DNA of 64,000 nt from Selaginella moellendorffii (lineage: Eukaryota; Plantae; Lycopodiophyta): NCBI RefSeq assembly GCF_000143415.4, contig NW_003314261.1, forward strand, positions 3,588,880-3,652,879. The letters run 5' to 3'. Positions 36,760 to 53,186 of this stretch are shown in pieces (position 1 is the stretch's first letter; every line of letters starts with the position of its first letter). The notes beneath the pieces were generated by a model. It made no database searches. It saw nothing but the letters and a program-made list of their open reading frames with translations, and was not told the origin of the DNA. The position numbers and the translations under genes are program-made.

Positions 36760-38908
36760 CTATACATGATTTCTACCGTGTTCTTGTTCTTGGTGGTGGT
36801 GCTGTTGCTTGGCCCTCCAAATTTTTGTTTGAGGCTTCGAGGCAGTGGCTTTAGCTGCTCCAAGCCTTCGTCTAGCGCCGGTTCCACCACCACCACCTCC
36901 ACCACCACCGCCACCGCCGCCGGTACTGTGTTGATCTTCCCACTGCCTGAGAATCTCTACGACCGAGTGGTGACAATAATACACCGCCACGTCCAGTGCT
37001 CGGTGTCCATACTCATCCGGGATCTCCACGGACGCCCCCGCTGCGAGAAGATTGGTGACAAACCACACCGAGGCTCTTCGCGCAGCTATGTGCATTGCGG
37101 TCTGACCATGCCTGTTTTGCGTGTCCAAAAGCCTTGTGGCTGGTGAGGAGGAACTCGACGAGGACCTGCTAAAGTTGTAGCCGCTCGCCAGCAAAAGAGC
37201 TTTTCCAACGTCTTGCCTGTCCGCCACAGCTGCCGCCATGAGAGGAGTCCATCCATCACCTGGAAAAGAAGAAGAAACAAAGCGTTTAGCTACAAAGAAA
37301 GGAACTTTGGAAAAGCTTACCATATAGTTTCACGTCTTGCCAGTTCCATCCCCGCGTCGCACAAAAGGCGAGCATCACTTCGACCACGTCACAGTGGCCC
37401 TTGAGCGAGGCAATGTAGATGGGATTCTCCCCACCGCGGTTCTTTGCAAACATATCAGCGCCACCTTCTAGCAGGAGCTTGCAAACTGGAGCGTGGCCAA
37501 ACTCAGCAGCCACGAACAGCGGCGTAGCTCCTGACGAGTCCAAAATCCCCCTAGGTGCAGCACCGATGTCGATGAGGCATTTTACCGAGTGAGCTTCGCC
37601 CTGGCATGACGTCCAGTGAAGAGGCGTCCGGCGGCGGATATCCGAGCAGTTTGCAGCGGCACGGAGTGCTAGAGCAACGTCCTCGCGAATGTCTTCCCAG
37701 TTGCTTAAGATTGGAAGGTCCGGGCTCTTGATACTGCTTCCTCTCAAAAACCACACAGCTGCCGTGACCGATTGTTCCTCACAAAAGTTCCAGACTTGTA
37801 TTAAATTAAGAAGCTCCTCCCTGCAAATGGAAGCGAACACTCCATTGAAGAGAAAGGAAAAAAAAACGTACCTCACTGCATGAACAACCGGTTGTGTAAA
37901 GAAGGTGAGCTCCAGCATTTGGAGCTTCTTAAGAGAACGAGCAAAGTCCACAAGAGTTATAGTAGCAATAGAGACTCTCTCCTCCGAGAGGTTCTCTTCT
38001 CTAGACAACCCCAAGGCCTCGACCGATCCTCCCAAGAACATAAGCTCCACTAAAGGACATGTTACGGCCTGAAAAATCAACCATTGCTGCAAGGAAAAAA
38101 AACAAAAAACAAAAAATCTTACCACCGCTGCCAGCTCAAATGTTCCAAGGCCACCGCAATTGTGTAGAGCCAGAATTCTCAAAGCAGATCCCAGACTCCC
38201 CCTCTCAAATGAATGAGGGAGCTCATATATATGTTCCTCCTCGATGAGAGGAGACTCCCTGGGAAGTTCCAATCTGTCGAGGTGACTAAGAAGAATACAC
38301 CGTAGTCGAGAGCCATCCGCGGCTGCGGCAGCCAGCAAGTTTCCAGCCGCTGTCGGTCCAATTCTAAAACATCGCTGTAAGCTGAGAGCTCTCGGTCCCG
38401 ATCTCACGGACACTGCCAAGGCATCTATCACAGAGGAAGTCCTGCAGAGACCAAGACGCGTTAGAGAAAAGAAAGATATTCTAAACCTACGTACAAGCTA
38501 CGTAGAGAATGAGAAGGAAACTTACAACTTCTGGCAGCTGTCGAGAATGAGGCAATGCAGGTTCCGGAGATAGCCGAGTAGAGACGCAACGTCGTCGTCC
38601 ATGATCGAGCAGCCAGTCAGATCCAAAAGTCGCGTGAGTGGCATCCGAGCTCGGATCATCGCCACTGCCGCGCGCTGCCACGCTCCAGGACTAAACTTGA
38701 GCTCCTTGTCCTCGAGCATCCCCGGCACCAGCCGCAGCTCCCACGAGACCGTGGCCACCAGAGCCTTGAATTGCCGAGAGGCCGATAAGATGGAGGCCAG
38801 GTGAACGGGGTCGGAGATCCTGGACAGCACGTCCACCAAGAGACTGGTTGGCAAATCCATGAGCTCTGTAGGAACAGAGTCCTCATGGGAAGAATTCGCT
38901 ACCTCCAT
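36760..38908 (-). CDS. F-box/LRR protein with C-terminal ankyrin repeats, multi-exon
   Basis: LMDLPTSLLVDVLSRI (F-box), LDLTGC..LRNLHCLILDSCQKL (LRR), RRTPLHW, GATPLFVAAEFGH, GENPIYIASLKGH, GWTPLMAAA, GQTAMHIAAR (ankyrin), poly-Gly tail. Confidence 0.8.
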
Positions 38909-39244
38909 CCCACAAGAGAAATCTTCAGAAGTAGATGAAGAATCCCGTGGCGGCGGCGGTACCGTGCGCGTTGGACCAGCGAGGCGAGCAGTAATCTCTC
39001 AGGTGACCATGAGAGCGCCAAGACCTTCTACCGCTGCCCAGAAGCGCGCATCTAGATCTGCCGTGGCGCAGGCACAGCAGCCTACGCGATTTGAGGCGCA
39101 GCACCAGACGGTGGACTCCTCCTCCCTGACGAGACATGTAAATCCAGTTCGAGAATGCGGCAGCGGGGCATTCCAGCTCGAGCCCTAATTCATTAGGGCT
39201 CTTGGCTAGGTATATTCCGTCAGTCCACGGTTGTTTCGCATTTG

Positions 39245-39910
39245 CAGGAAGAGTGCATGAGAGGAAGAAGAAAGAAGAAATAGTCGTGGTGAGGCATTCG
39301 TCTCACAAAAATGAGCTGTTAATCAAGCGGAACCTTGCAGCGGTAGTGATTTCGTGGATTTGTCTCTTGCAAAGAATTGCAGCCATGATCCATCGCGAGC
39401 ACGTCCCAAATCCCCATGCAACCAAAGGCCGAGCCATGAACAAGAAGGCTCCTAAAATGTGAGCGTCTTGCTTGCAGCTCCACAAGATTAAACACATGAA
39501 TCCTCGCTCCCGCAGCTGCCGTTTGCTTGATTCTTCCTTTGATGCTGGAAAGTTGTCCGAGCTGACTTAGACTACAGGATAGAGCCTCTCAAGATGAAAG
39601 TGAAGAAACGTATTGTAAGCTCATGCTTTTCGCTCGTTTCTTTCGCTACCAAGGTCCATCTCTTCTCTTCTTTTGGAAGCTCGCGTCCATGCAGGGGCCA
39701 ACGACAGACGATTTGATGACTTACAGTACGCTGACGACTGGATAAAGATGAACAACACCACCAGCATGACAGTTCGTCCCTCCCTGGACGACCAAGAAAG
39801 TGGAAGCCCGCTCCGTAACCCCTCGCCGGAGGAGCGCTTCGTCACGTCCAAGTTCAAAGTCGCTCCATCACAAGATCGACAACGTCCAGACCTTTTGGTA
39901 CGAGAAGACG
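39245..39910 (+). pseudogene. Internally deleted duplicate of the CFAP77-like gene at 44428
   Basis: Blocks near-identical to 44325-45450 (VVRHSSHKNELLIK, AAMIHREHVPNPHATKG, YADDWIKMN, ERFVTSKFK) with start, exon 2 and other segments missing. Confidence 0.75.
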
Positions 39911-39963
39911 CCTCTGGAAGCGACAGCGGCACGAGAGCTCATGGCCGAGCCAGTAAGAGCAAG

Positions 39964-40562
39964 TTAGTCTCTGCACCACAAGACTATCAAAACAACATAG
40001 AAATTGATAGATTTATATCTCATTCCGGCCGTGCGCAGCAAGGAGTGCTTGCTCTGTGACTCGCGCCTTGAGCCCCGCCCTCGACATCTCCGCAAGCTTT
40101 TCCTCTTCCACCCATCGATCAAGGCATTGTCGGTGCGGATGTCCAAGACATCATCGTCCATTTCGTCCAGCGCCTACTCCATCGTCCCTTCGCTTCATAC
40201 ATAGACGATGTTGGCAGCCTTGACAAGCTCGGCCTTCCCGGGCTTGGATCGCTCGATCAAGCAGCCTCCATCTTTCTGAAAGAAGAGCTCTCGAGAAGTC
40301 CGCCTCGAGCTGGCACGACGAAACATGGCTCCAGATCTCGTCCATCCGAAGCTCTTCACCATCAATGTCCAGGCCGAGACGTCCGGAGCATCTCTCTACC
40401 CTTTGGAAGTCCTTCCTTCTCCCGTAGATGCCCACCGTGAGACCATATGCCTTTGCGTCGAGCTCCTCCGTTGAGCAGCAGTTTCTGACTCGAGCGAGCT
40501 TCGGTCTCCAGTGAGCGTCCGGATAGCGTTTGTTCCAACGCCGCTTGTCGAGCGGCTGCCAT
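39964..40562 (-). pseudogene. Probable degenerate P-class PPR fragment
   Basis: Frameshifted pieces such as AYGLTVGIYGRRKDF and DIRTDNALIDGWKRK. Confidence 0.35.
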
Positions 40563-42198
40563 GTCAGCGCCTTGCCATAGACTTCATCGCGCTAAGTGCT
40601 AAACATGTAGCGGAAGAGGCCCTCCATGTTTGCGAGCATGCCTGCTTTGATCACCAAGCCGAAGCTTCACATGGAGGTACCTGTGCGGTGAGTGTGGATG
40701 ACTTGAGCTCTCTGCGAAGTTGGCTTTGTTTCTTCACAAAGAACATCCATGAACGTGGAGCGCTCGCTTCTCGGCGACCCTCCTTGCTCAGCCAGGTATG
40801 GTGGTGTCAAAGAGTTATAGGAGAGTATGGGGATGATCCCAACCTGGTGAACCAGTGGAGGAGAGGCAAGGCAGTGCAATCTCATCAGGCAATACTCGGC
40901 GAATTATTCGTTGCTTCGCTGGGAGGCCTATGGCGACCTCGGCATAGGCGTCTTGCACCTCTTTCCTTCGGAAGCATCCGTAATGGCGCAACTGGCTGGC
41001 AGATGAAGGGGCTGGTCTTGATTATTGGGACAATCTGACTCATGTCTTCGAGCTCGGCTGGACGGCAGTTCATACAGGGGTGATGCCCGAGATTGATGAC
41101 CGGCTTAGAGAGTTCATGAACCAACTCATTTCTTCATCTTCAACGTGGAGAGGGAGCTGCAAAACTGTAAGATAAGCTCCTGTTTCCCCTTTTTTCCTTT
41201 CTTTGTCATACTTGGTCTTGTTCAGGTGATGGAGAGCTGAAAACGGTGCTGTCGTGGTATTATACAGATGCCAGTGTCTACGGGTGTCCTGGGTCCCGAT
41301 CGGAAGCGAATTGCCCCATTCGCAACATCCAACCCATCCTGCTTAGCGTCTCTGCTTGGGAGCGGTGCCTCGAGGCCATGCGCATTTGCGACTTCCTCGG
41401 GGAGCTGCTGTGCCTCGGCCACCCAACTCAACCATGCCCCACTTCCAAGCTGTGATAGTGAGAGATTTCGAAGTATTAAGTTGCTGCTTGTGCAGGATTT
41501 ACAAGCCTCTTTCTTTTGCTTGTGCTGCAGGACTGCATTGAACACACCTGGCTGTGGATGCGAGGCTCCCAGCTCAACATATACACCGGCATAAACGTAA
41601 CGTGTATGTGGTTTCCTCACTGCTTGGAATGGTGTTTTAATCATTTGCTTGTGCCCGTCAGATGCCAACCTGGTGCAAGTTTTTTCCTCGGATTCGAGTG
41701 CTGCTGGGAAGCTACGACACCGGTAACATACTTGCCTTTTGTCATGTACTTGTCTAACTCAGTTCCTTCCACGCGTCAGCTTTGAGAGTGTTTCCCAGGC
41801 AAGTCGCAAGTTGACGCACTGGTTCATGCTCCCAACCTTGACTGGCTATGTCTCCACCCAGATCTGCTGCGGTTTGGAGGCATGGACGAAGATGAAATCC
41901 CATGCGACAAGGACGAAGACTGCGGTTTTGATGACAGTGGTATCGAAAAGTCTCTTTTGAAATATCGCAGTTTTTATGTCTTGATATGTCATATCTTTAC
42001 AATGTATACTGGAGCTTCCTTGGCCTCCACTGGTGCTTATTCAATGAGACACACGACCATTAGCAGAACATTCTTTTACATCCTCCCTTCTGTCAATTTT
42101 TGAAACCCATATTAACTCAGACACATGTACGTGGGAACATCTCCCTCCTTGACAAGCCGTTGAAACTCGAGGATGATGTCCAGACGTCCCATCGCGAG

Positions 42199-42490
42199 CG
42201 ACTGGAGAAATCTCCATGAACTATATCATCAGTGGCCTCTAAACCAAGATAAAAAGAGAACTCACTTCTTTAGTTTTGGATCCAGTGTCAGCGTTCTTGT
42301 TATTCCTAGAATCCAGGCAGGACAGATCAACGTGTCTTGAGCAGCAACTGGAGAAATCTCCATGGACTGTACCGTCAATCAAGAATTTATAGCTTGGCCT
42401 CTAAACCAATAAAAGAAGAGAACTCACTTGGATCCAGTGTCAGCGTTCTTGTCGTTCCTCGGCCAGATCAACGCAGCTTGTCTTGAGCAG
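42199..42490. repeat. Diverged tandem duplication (~145 bp x2)
   Basis: gc.actggagaaatctccatg...tggcctctaaaccaa...gagaactcactt...ggatccagtgtcagcgttcttgt...cagatcaacg repeated. Confidence 0.7.
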
Positions 42491-44427
42491 CGACTACTGT
42501 ATGGTCAAGAACTGTTGGCCTCTAAGAGAGAATTGAATGATGAGGCTAGCTTGTTAAAACCTCCATCAAGGTCCAAATCCATGTCGCTGCAACAAGACGC
42601 ATCATCGATCACTCGCATCCGAGAAAGTAATATCCACTCACAATTTGGAGAGATCAAACGCGTTCCCGGTCTTGGCCACGGCCCAGAGGCGGCGAGTCGT
42701 CAACAGCGCCGCAGTGAGCTTCCCACGGATCATCGCCTGCGCCATAATCCACAGTAAAACACCCGCATTCTGCCTGTTAAACTTGGATCCTAACCGAAGC
42801 TCCCGGCCGCCATCGCCATCGCCTTCACGCCAAAGCCCACCCGAAGAACCATCCTCCTCTTGATTTTGCCGCTCTTGGGCAGTGGCGATTTTTCTACGTC
42901 GATGCCGAGATCGCCGATGGAAATGGATCCAAGGACGCTGTCTGTGACTTCATGTCCCCCACGAGCTCCATGATCCACGAGCTCCATGATTGTGAGTGGA
43001 TTGATTCTCCACAATGGATTGCACGCGAGTCGATGTGGATGACCTCTCGCTTGGAGTTTCTCGACACGAAATCGCTCTACCAGCTCTTGTGATGTCGAAG
43101 CTCCTACTTCCACTTCTTCGATAGTAAGCATTGAATCGTTTTGCAGCATCCGGAAGCAAATGACGTCGCGCATCAACCAAGGGCGCAATGCTGCTGATAC
43201 AAGATTATATAGTGGAACGCTCGGATTGGGAATCCTCGGACAAGGCTGTCGAAGATCGGGAAAGCGTTGAGAACCTTGGACCAACTCATGGTAACAAATA
43301 CACAACGTTTGGTTTGGTTTGGACTTGTGATATTTTTATAGGATGAAGCTACAATCCGACTTTGGTAGCCATCACCGAGCACCGAATATTTGTTGCTGGA
43401 CCGGGGCGTCTTGTAACCGCTGTTGCTGGCCCTGCTGGTGTTCGGGTAAAAGCTGGGTAAAACGTTTTGATTCTGATTTTGACCCGGTGGTGTTTTCTGC
43501 AGATACTGTCTGCGCCAGATTTGCTAGTGAAAGAAACTGAAGTTCGCGAGTATGAGGTGTGCTGATGGTTTAGAGTTCCCTGTTCTTTGTTGTTTATCAA
43601 GCCAGATTCTCTTGCACCTTGCACACGACGAGTTCCCGATCATGTTCCATCCGACTTTGGATTTGGCAAAAGTGGAGTAGTTTTGTTGTTATCGCTGGTG
43701 TTCAGCAGGCGGGCTTGAAGACTTGGGACGTGGCGAGCCGTTTGTGTGAAATGGACGCGGCCAAGGAATCTTCAGTTCTTGTAGAGAAGAAGCGGGGATC
43801 TGGCTGTTCTGGAGCCTCTAGAAAATGAGACTAAAAGTAGCTTCTTTTTAGTTTGCTACCATAGTTAAAGTTGCAAAAAGAAGAGTCTCATTATTACATC
43901 GTTTTGCAACCTTGAATATCCGCACTCTTGAGAACTTAATTCCTGAACTTGATCAACATTCTTCTTAATCTTGAGATCTTGAGTACAATCCTGTGCTTTA
44001 TGGATGGAATACAACCAAAGTCTTAGAGATCACGAAGCTTGTCAGAGCAACGACTATGGGATGGGAGCTGGGCAACACTTTCACGCAGCACAAAGTTATG
44101 GTTTGCATTTGGAGAGATACGGCCACGCTGGAGTGGAAGCCGGGAGCTTACGCGCGATCGTGGCCGATGGAGAGAACGCTGCCTTGCAGTACAGCTTGGA
44201 CGAACGATCACAGCAGGCTTCTCGGCAGTGGGTGGCGGCCAATTGTTTGTGATCGGCAGACGGTATATTCCATGAAAGAATATACTGTCAGCTCGTTTAA
44301 ACATTTCACGCCTCCTAAAATCTCAGGAAGAGTGAGTGAGAAAGAAGAAACAGTTTTAGGGCGAGAAGCTCCATTCGCGCGCGCTCGCTCGCTCGCCGCC
44401 AGCGCTGGAGCTCCCGCCAGATCCACG

Positions 44428-45831
44428 ATGTCGAATCCAGGTAACATGACTTACGACGAGTCGGATCGCCCCAGGATGGGCGTGGTGAGGCATTCGTCGC
44501 ACAAAAATGAGCTGCTCATCAAGCCGAGGCTTGCGGCGGTAGCGATTTCATGGATTCTCTCTCTTTCTTCCTACATTCGTGGATTTGCTTTCTTCAGGTG
44601 AAAAGGCCAACCCGGGACATTCCTCCCGAGACGTTCAGCTACGGGATCATCGACGAGCGGGGAGACACTGTCAAGGAATGTAAGCTTTTTTTCTTCGCAG
44701 CTCTTTTTCTTTTTTCCCGGTGGACTTACTTTATCTCTCGCAAAGAATTTGCAGCCATGATCCATCGCGAGCACGTCCCAAATCCTCATGCAACCAAGGG
44801 AAAGGATATCCGAGCCATGAACAAGAAGGCTCCTAAAATGTGAGCGTCTTGCTTGCAGCTCCACAAGATTAAACACATAAGGTGGAAACTTTCCTCGCTC
44901 TCGCAGAGCAGCTGCTCACTTTCTTTGTTTCGGTTTGGCTTTTTCCTTTGATGCAGGAACGTTGTCCGAGCTGACCAGCAAAGAGGCTACAGGTTAGAGC
45001 ACCCTCTCAAGTTGAAAGTGAAGAAACGTATTGTAAGCTCGTTCTTTTGCTCCCGTTTCTTTCGCGTCCTGATCTTCGACTAGTAGGCAAACGTTCCTCC
45101 TTTACCGTCGGTGAAAAATCCCGACCACGTCTACGGCTTGCCATTACCAAGGTAGACCTCTCCTCTTTAAAATGGTGGTGTAGAGATCTCACTCGCGTCC
45201 ATGCAGGGGCGAAACAACAGACGAGTTGATGACTTACAGCTATGCCGAGGACTGGATAAAGATGAACCAGTACCACCAGCACGACCACGGTTTCATCAAG
45301 CCGCAGTTCGTCCCTCCCCGATCGACCAAGACGGTGGAAGTCCGCTCCGGCTCGTGCTACCAGAAGTACAACCCCCCGCCGGAGAAGGAGCGCTTCGTCA
45401 TGTCCAAGTTCAAGGCGGTCCATCACAAGATCGACAACGTCCAGACCACTCCACTGCTGCGTGACGAGCGGCCGCCAGTGTTCCAGACGACGAGCTCCAA
45501 GAGGAGGGGCGGTGTCTACGGCGCTCAAGGGGCTCTTAGATACTGTGGCGATGGCGACGACTATCCCAGCTGCGGGGTGGCGGGCATTAGAACCCGGCTT
45601 CCTTGCTCTGGCATCTCGCCGCTACTGCCCCGGAGGAACGACGCGGACGTGGTCTGCGTTGCGGATCAGCCACCCGGCAGGGTGTTGCTTCCCAGGTTCT
45701 ACAAGCCGTGTAGCAGCAATCCGGCGAATCCATGCGCTTCGCATCCCAGGAGGAGCGATCCCGACGAAGCCGTGACGACTGTAAGAAGAGAAGTTACTCT
45801 ACGGGGGCCTCGAAGGAGTGATCCTGACTAG
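44428..45831 (+). CDS. CFAP77: Cilia/flagella-associated protein 77-like, multi-exon
   Basis: Spliced reading NELLIKPRLAA|VKRPTRDIPPETFSYG..|..HVPNPHATKGKDIRAMNKKA..|..HVYGLPLPR|GETTDELMTYSYAEDWIKMN..KERFVMSKFKAV resembles CFAP77 motifs; recognised from memory, not by search. Confidence 0.6.
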
Positions 45832-46078
45832 AACTCGCTCGTCCTCGGTGGACGCTACCGACGTTTTCCGAAAGAGATCTCCGGCAAACCCGAGACTTTG
45901 GTGGTGGTAAAATCGAAATCTTGTTTTCTTTCTGCGAACGAGTACATTTGAGAAAACGAACCATGCATTTGGGAAAACCATGGTCGTGCTATATACCATC
46001 GGAAGCTCTCAAGCTGGATCTTCTTTCTTACGTGTGGCTCCACCTCGAGCCTACAAACTTCGTAAGAATGAAGGACCT

Positions 46079-47713
46079 TCATGCTTTGGCGTCGTGGCTC
46101 TTGCGCATCTCGATGGCCTCGAGCTCCTGCGGCAGCGGCGGGACGAACCTCCTCCACAGCCAGTGCCGCCTCCACACGAACACCATCTCCTCGATGGGGA
46201 TGCCTTTGGTCTCTGGGATGAGGAAGAGCGTGAAGGTGGTCATCACCAGCACCCAGGCGGCGAAGAAGAGGAAGATCCCGTACTTGAAATGACACAGCAT
46301 CGAGAGGAAGGCCTGGGCGATGACGAAAGTGAAGAGCAAGTTTGTGCACACCACCACGCTCTGCCCCGACGACCGGATCTCCAGCGGGAAGATCTCGCTG
46401 GGGATGAGCCAGCCGAGCGGCCCCCACGACCACGCAAACGCCGAGACGAAGGTGCATATCATGCACACCACCACGATCGCGGCGGCGTGAGAGAGCTGCG
46501 AACCGTCCTCCTTGAGCCCGGTTCCCAGGATGATCGCTATCACCACCTGTGCGAGGAACATCTGGACGCCGGCTTCCAGCAGGAGGACTCTCCGGCCGAA
46601 GCGATCAACCGTGAGTATGGACACCACCGTGGAGACAACGTTGACGGCCCCGGTGATGGCGGCCGAGTAGAGGGAAGCGTCGCTCTCGAATCCCAGCGTC
46701 TGGAACAGCACCGGCGCGTAGAACATGATGGCGTTGATCCCTGTGAGCTGCTGGAATATTTGGAGTGCCAGGGAGATGACGAGCTGTGGCCTGTAAGCTC
46801 GGGAGAAGAAGAGGTTCCTGTATGGATGCTCCACCGACTTTGCGAGCCGGCTCACTTCCACGAGCTCGTCAAACTCCTCGTGGATGTTGTCTGTGCCTCT
46901 CACTCTCCGGAGCACGGTCTTGCCTCGTTCGAGGTGTCCTCGCTCGATCAGGCTGTTCGGTGTCTCGCACAGGCACAGGCTTCCGACTGTGAGCAGCACC
47001 GCGGGGATCCCAGCCAGGCCGAGTGAAAGCCGCCAGCCCCAGGGGTGGAGCTTGTCAGTGCCATAGTTGATGAGGTTGGCGATGAGGATGCCGATGGTCA
47101 CGTTGAGCTGGAAGAGGATGTTGAGGCCGCCCCGGTAACGAGTAGGAGCAATCTCGGAGAGGTAGAGTGGAACGGCCTGGTTGGCGAAGCCGACGCCGCA
47201 GCCGAGAAGGATCCGGCCGATGATGAGCATGGCCAGGTTCTCCGCAGCAGCGTTGAACACCACCCCGGCGATGAAGAACAGTCCCGCTATCAGCATGGTT
47301 GGCTTCCGACCGAATCTCTGCGTCGTGTACGAGGCTGCGAAGGTGGCCACCAGACCCGCAAGGTAGAGTGACGACGTAAACGCTTGCAGGCCCTGGTCAT
47401 CATACTTGCAGTAGTTTCCTTCTTTTCCAGCAAGCTCCAGCTTCTTCCGTAGAATGCTGGGGAAAAACTTTCCCAGGAAATCGTTCATGGAGGTGACACC
47501 ACCTGTACAAGACCAAGAAAGAAATTTTATCCATTGGTCACAGTCGGGACGAGAAATCTTCGAGGAGCGAAATTGAGGCTTACCTGAGATCCCGACATCG
47601 TATCCAAACATAAGTCCTCCCGTAGCTGCCAAAAGGCAGGCAACAGCAACGTAGGCGGTGAACTTCCCTTCATGCTGGCTTCCTCCAGGACCTGCTGCAA
47701 ATCCTCCGGCCAT
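46079..47713 (-). CDS. STP13: Sugar transport protein (STP13-like hexose/H+ symporter, MFS); one intron at 47503-47583
   Basis: GGLMFGYDVGISG|GVTSM, NYCKYDDQGLQAFTSSLY, QQLTGINAIMFYAP, DRFGRRVLLL, WSWGPLGWLIPSE, PETKGIPIEEM. Confidence 0.92.
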   Translation of the reverse strand: MAGGFAAGPGGSQHEGKFTAYVAVACLLAATGGLMFGYDVGISGKPQFRSSKISRPDCDQWIKFLSWSCTGGVTSMNDFLGKFFPSILRKKLELAGKEGNYCKYDDQGLQAFTSSLYLAGLVATFAASYTTQRFGRKPTMLIAGLFFIAGVVFNAAAENLAMLIIGRILLGCGVGFANQAVPLYLSEIAPTRYRGGLNILFQLNVTIGILIANLINYGTDKLHPWGWRLSLGLAGIPAVLLTVGSLCLCETPNSLIERGHLERGKTVLRRVRGTDNIHEEFDELVEVSRLAKSVEHPYRNLFFSRAYRPQLVISLALQIFQQLTGINAIMFYAPVLFQTLGFESDASLYSAAITGAVNVVSTVVSILTVDRFGRRVLLLEAGVQMFLAQVVIAIILGTGLKEDGSQLSHAAAIVVVCMICTFVSAFAWSWGPLGWLIPSEIFPLEIRSSGQSVVVCTNLLFTFVIAQAFLSMLCHFKYGIFLFFAAWVLVMTTFTLFLIPETKGIPIEEMVFVWRRHWLWRRFVPPLPQELEAIEMRKSHDAKA

Positions 47714-48190
47714 GGTTTCGAGCAAGAGCTAGCTCGAGCAGTAGCTGGAGAGATTCAGCCTCTCTCCCCTGCTTATAAAGCTCATAGGATCTCCACTTTA
47801 TTCAACGAGGCCGTCTCACGTGTCGGATCCTGACAGGCTTGTGCTGTTCACAGTCATCCTCGTTGACGAAACATCTGTGGCGCTGGAAGGACGGGTTTCT
47901 AACTCTGGACCCGTCTCGTTTGTTGACCTCGCCGCCGACATTTCGGAAAATAATATCGGGGAGCACTGCCACGTTGTTGTAATCTTGATGTCATCCTGTA
48001 CAATAATACAAACACGCAAGGATCAATGCCAGAGACTGTCAGTTAACAGTCGAATTTGACTACCGACCTTTTGGAGCGGAGCGGAGATTTTCTGTCATGG
48101 ACTGCAAGGTCGCAAAAGTTGCAAGAAAATTGTAGATGCACCTGTCTTAGTTACACAGGGAGAACACTTACAAGGCGATTTGTACATAGA

Positions 48191-51871
<3,681 letters not shown>

Positions 51872-51884
51872 CGCCAAATCCCCT

Positions 51885-51925
51885 AAACCCTATTCCCACC
51901 GGCGGGACGCCATTTGGGCGGGAAT
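51885..51925 (-). promoter_or_regulatory. Telo-box (AAACCCTA) and E2F-like site (ATTCCCGC on -) upstream of RecQ
   Basis: Motifs at 51885-51892 and 51918-51925, just upstream of the ATG of a DNA-repair gene; short motifs only. Confidence 0.35.
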
Positions 51926-52202
51926 CGAACCAAGAACTTTCCACCTGCTTAACACTGGAATCGATCCCGGGACGCGTTTAATGGAGAAGAGAGAGAAAGC
52001 GATCTATACAAAGAATCCAAATTAGAAGTACAATACTACGGCAAACAGTGCTACTAGGATCTAACAACTAAACAAATGTTAGAAGGACGAGCAAATCAGT
52101 GTAAGGTGTGTGTAAAACTAAGAGACTTTTTTATCTTACCATGTGTCTTGCCTTGCGAAGAGAGAGAGAGAGAACTGGATGATCTTCTCCTCTATCTCTC
52201 CC

Positions 52203-53186
52203 TCAGCTGCTCACACCTATTTGCGCTGGCTGTGCTTCTTGCGACTTTGCCATTGTCTCGGTCTTCGCACAGCTTATCACCGGGGCAGTGGAAGAAGCTT
52301 TCCCCGCTCCCTTCTTTGCTTGGTCGCCACTTTGATCTTCTTTTGCCGGATCTTCCGCCGCTGCTGGAGTTTCTTCCCCTGCTGCTTCGTCTTGAGTTGT
52401 TTTGGCCTCGGCTTTAGCTCCACCGTCTTGCTCTTCTTTGCCGTTCTCGTCCGCCTTGTCCGAGTCCTTGACGCCGCCTTCTTCGTCGTCTGGAGACTTT
52501 ATCGCTGCCACGGCCTTCTTCTTCCTCCCGCGCCGTGGAGTGGTCGGCTCCGCCTCGGCCCAGCTGTCCGAGGGCCGCTTCCTCGAGCTCAGCCTCTCGG
52601 ATCTCCTCGGGGTCTCGCCTAAAAAGAAAATTTTCACAACATTTAGTAACTTCCAGCTCTGGAGGTAACTCACGCGGAACGGAAAAACGAGTTTTTTCTT
52701 CGCTTGACTGACCTGTACCCCAGTCAAAATCCGCTACGGGTGGCCCTCCCGAGTTAGCTTTGAGATAACGCTCCAGCTGCCGTTTGCTCTTAATCTCCTC
52801 TCCATCCGGAGCAACGAACGTGATGTCTCCTCGGCGAGGAGTGCCTCCTCGGCGCTGAGCCACCTGAAATTCCAAAAATCAGCCACTAGAACCAGCAACA
52901 CATCACACAAACTTTTAGTCTCAAGAAACCCCAAGAAACGCAGCAAAACGAGAAAAACTTGAAAGTCCTAGCACATAATTCTCAGAAATCTGCAAACAGG
53001 CACAAGAAAACCACAGGCAAGAAGTCCAATTGCTCGCAAACGCGAAGACAAGAAAACTAGCAAAGAGCTACAAACCTTTTTCTTCCACCCCGGAGGTGCC
53101 GGGAGCTCCTCCCACACGATTCCGTCCCCGGCAAGCTCATCACCTTCCACCATGGCCGCCATAGCCTCCTCCTCCGAAGCAGCCAT
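52203..53186 (-). CDS. Methyl-CpG-binding domain protein (MBD10/11-like), about 3 exons
   Basis: ELPAPPGWKKK|..GGTPRRGDITFVAPDGEEIKSKRQLERYLK..FDWGT|GETPRRSERLS, acidic tail. Confidence 0.88.

Noticed and set aside
38925-39137. Possible conserved-peptide uORF upstream of the F-box/ankyrin gene
   Set aside because: No recognisable conserved uORF peptide; cannot be supported without comparative data.
45980-47026. 348-aa plus-strand ORF antisense to the sugar transporter (similar antisense ORFs over GH3, F-box and pol)
   Set aside because: Shadow ORFs caused by GC-rich codon usage of the real gene.
51915-51960. tRNA-like GGTTCGATTCCC on the minus strand
   Set aside because: No cloverleaf; it overlaps an E2F-like promoter motif.
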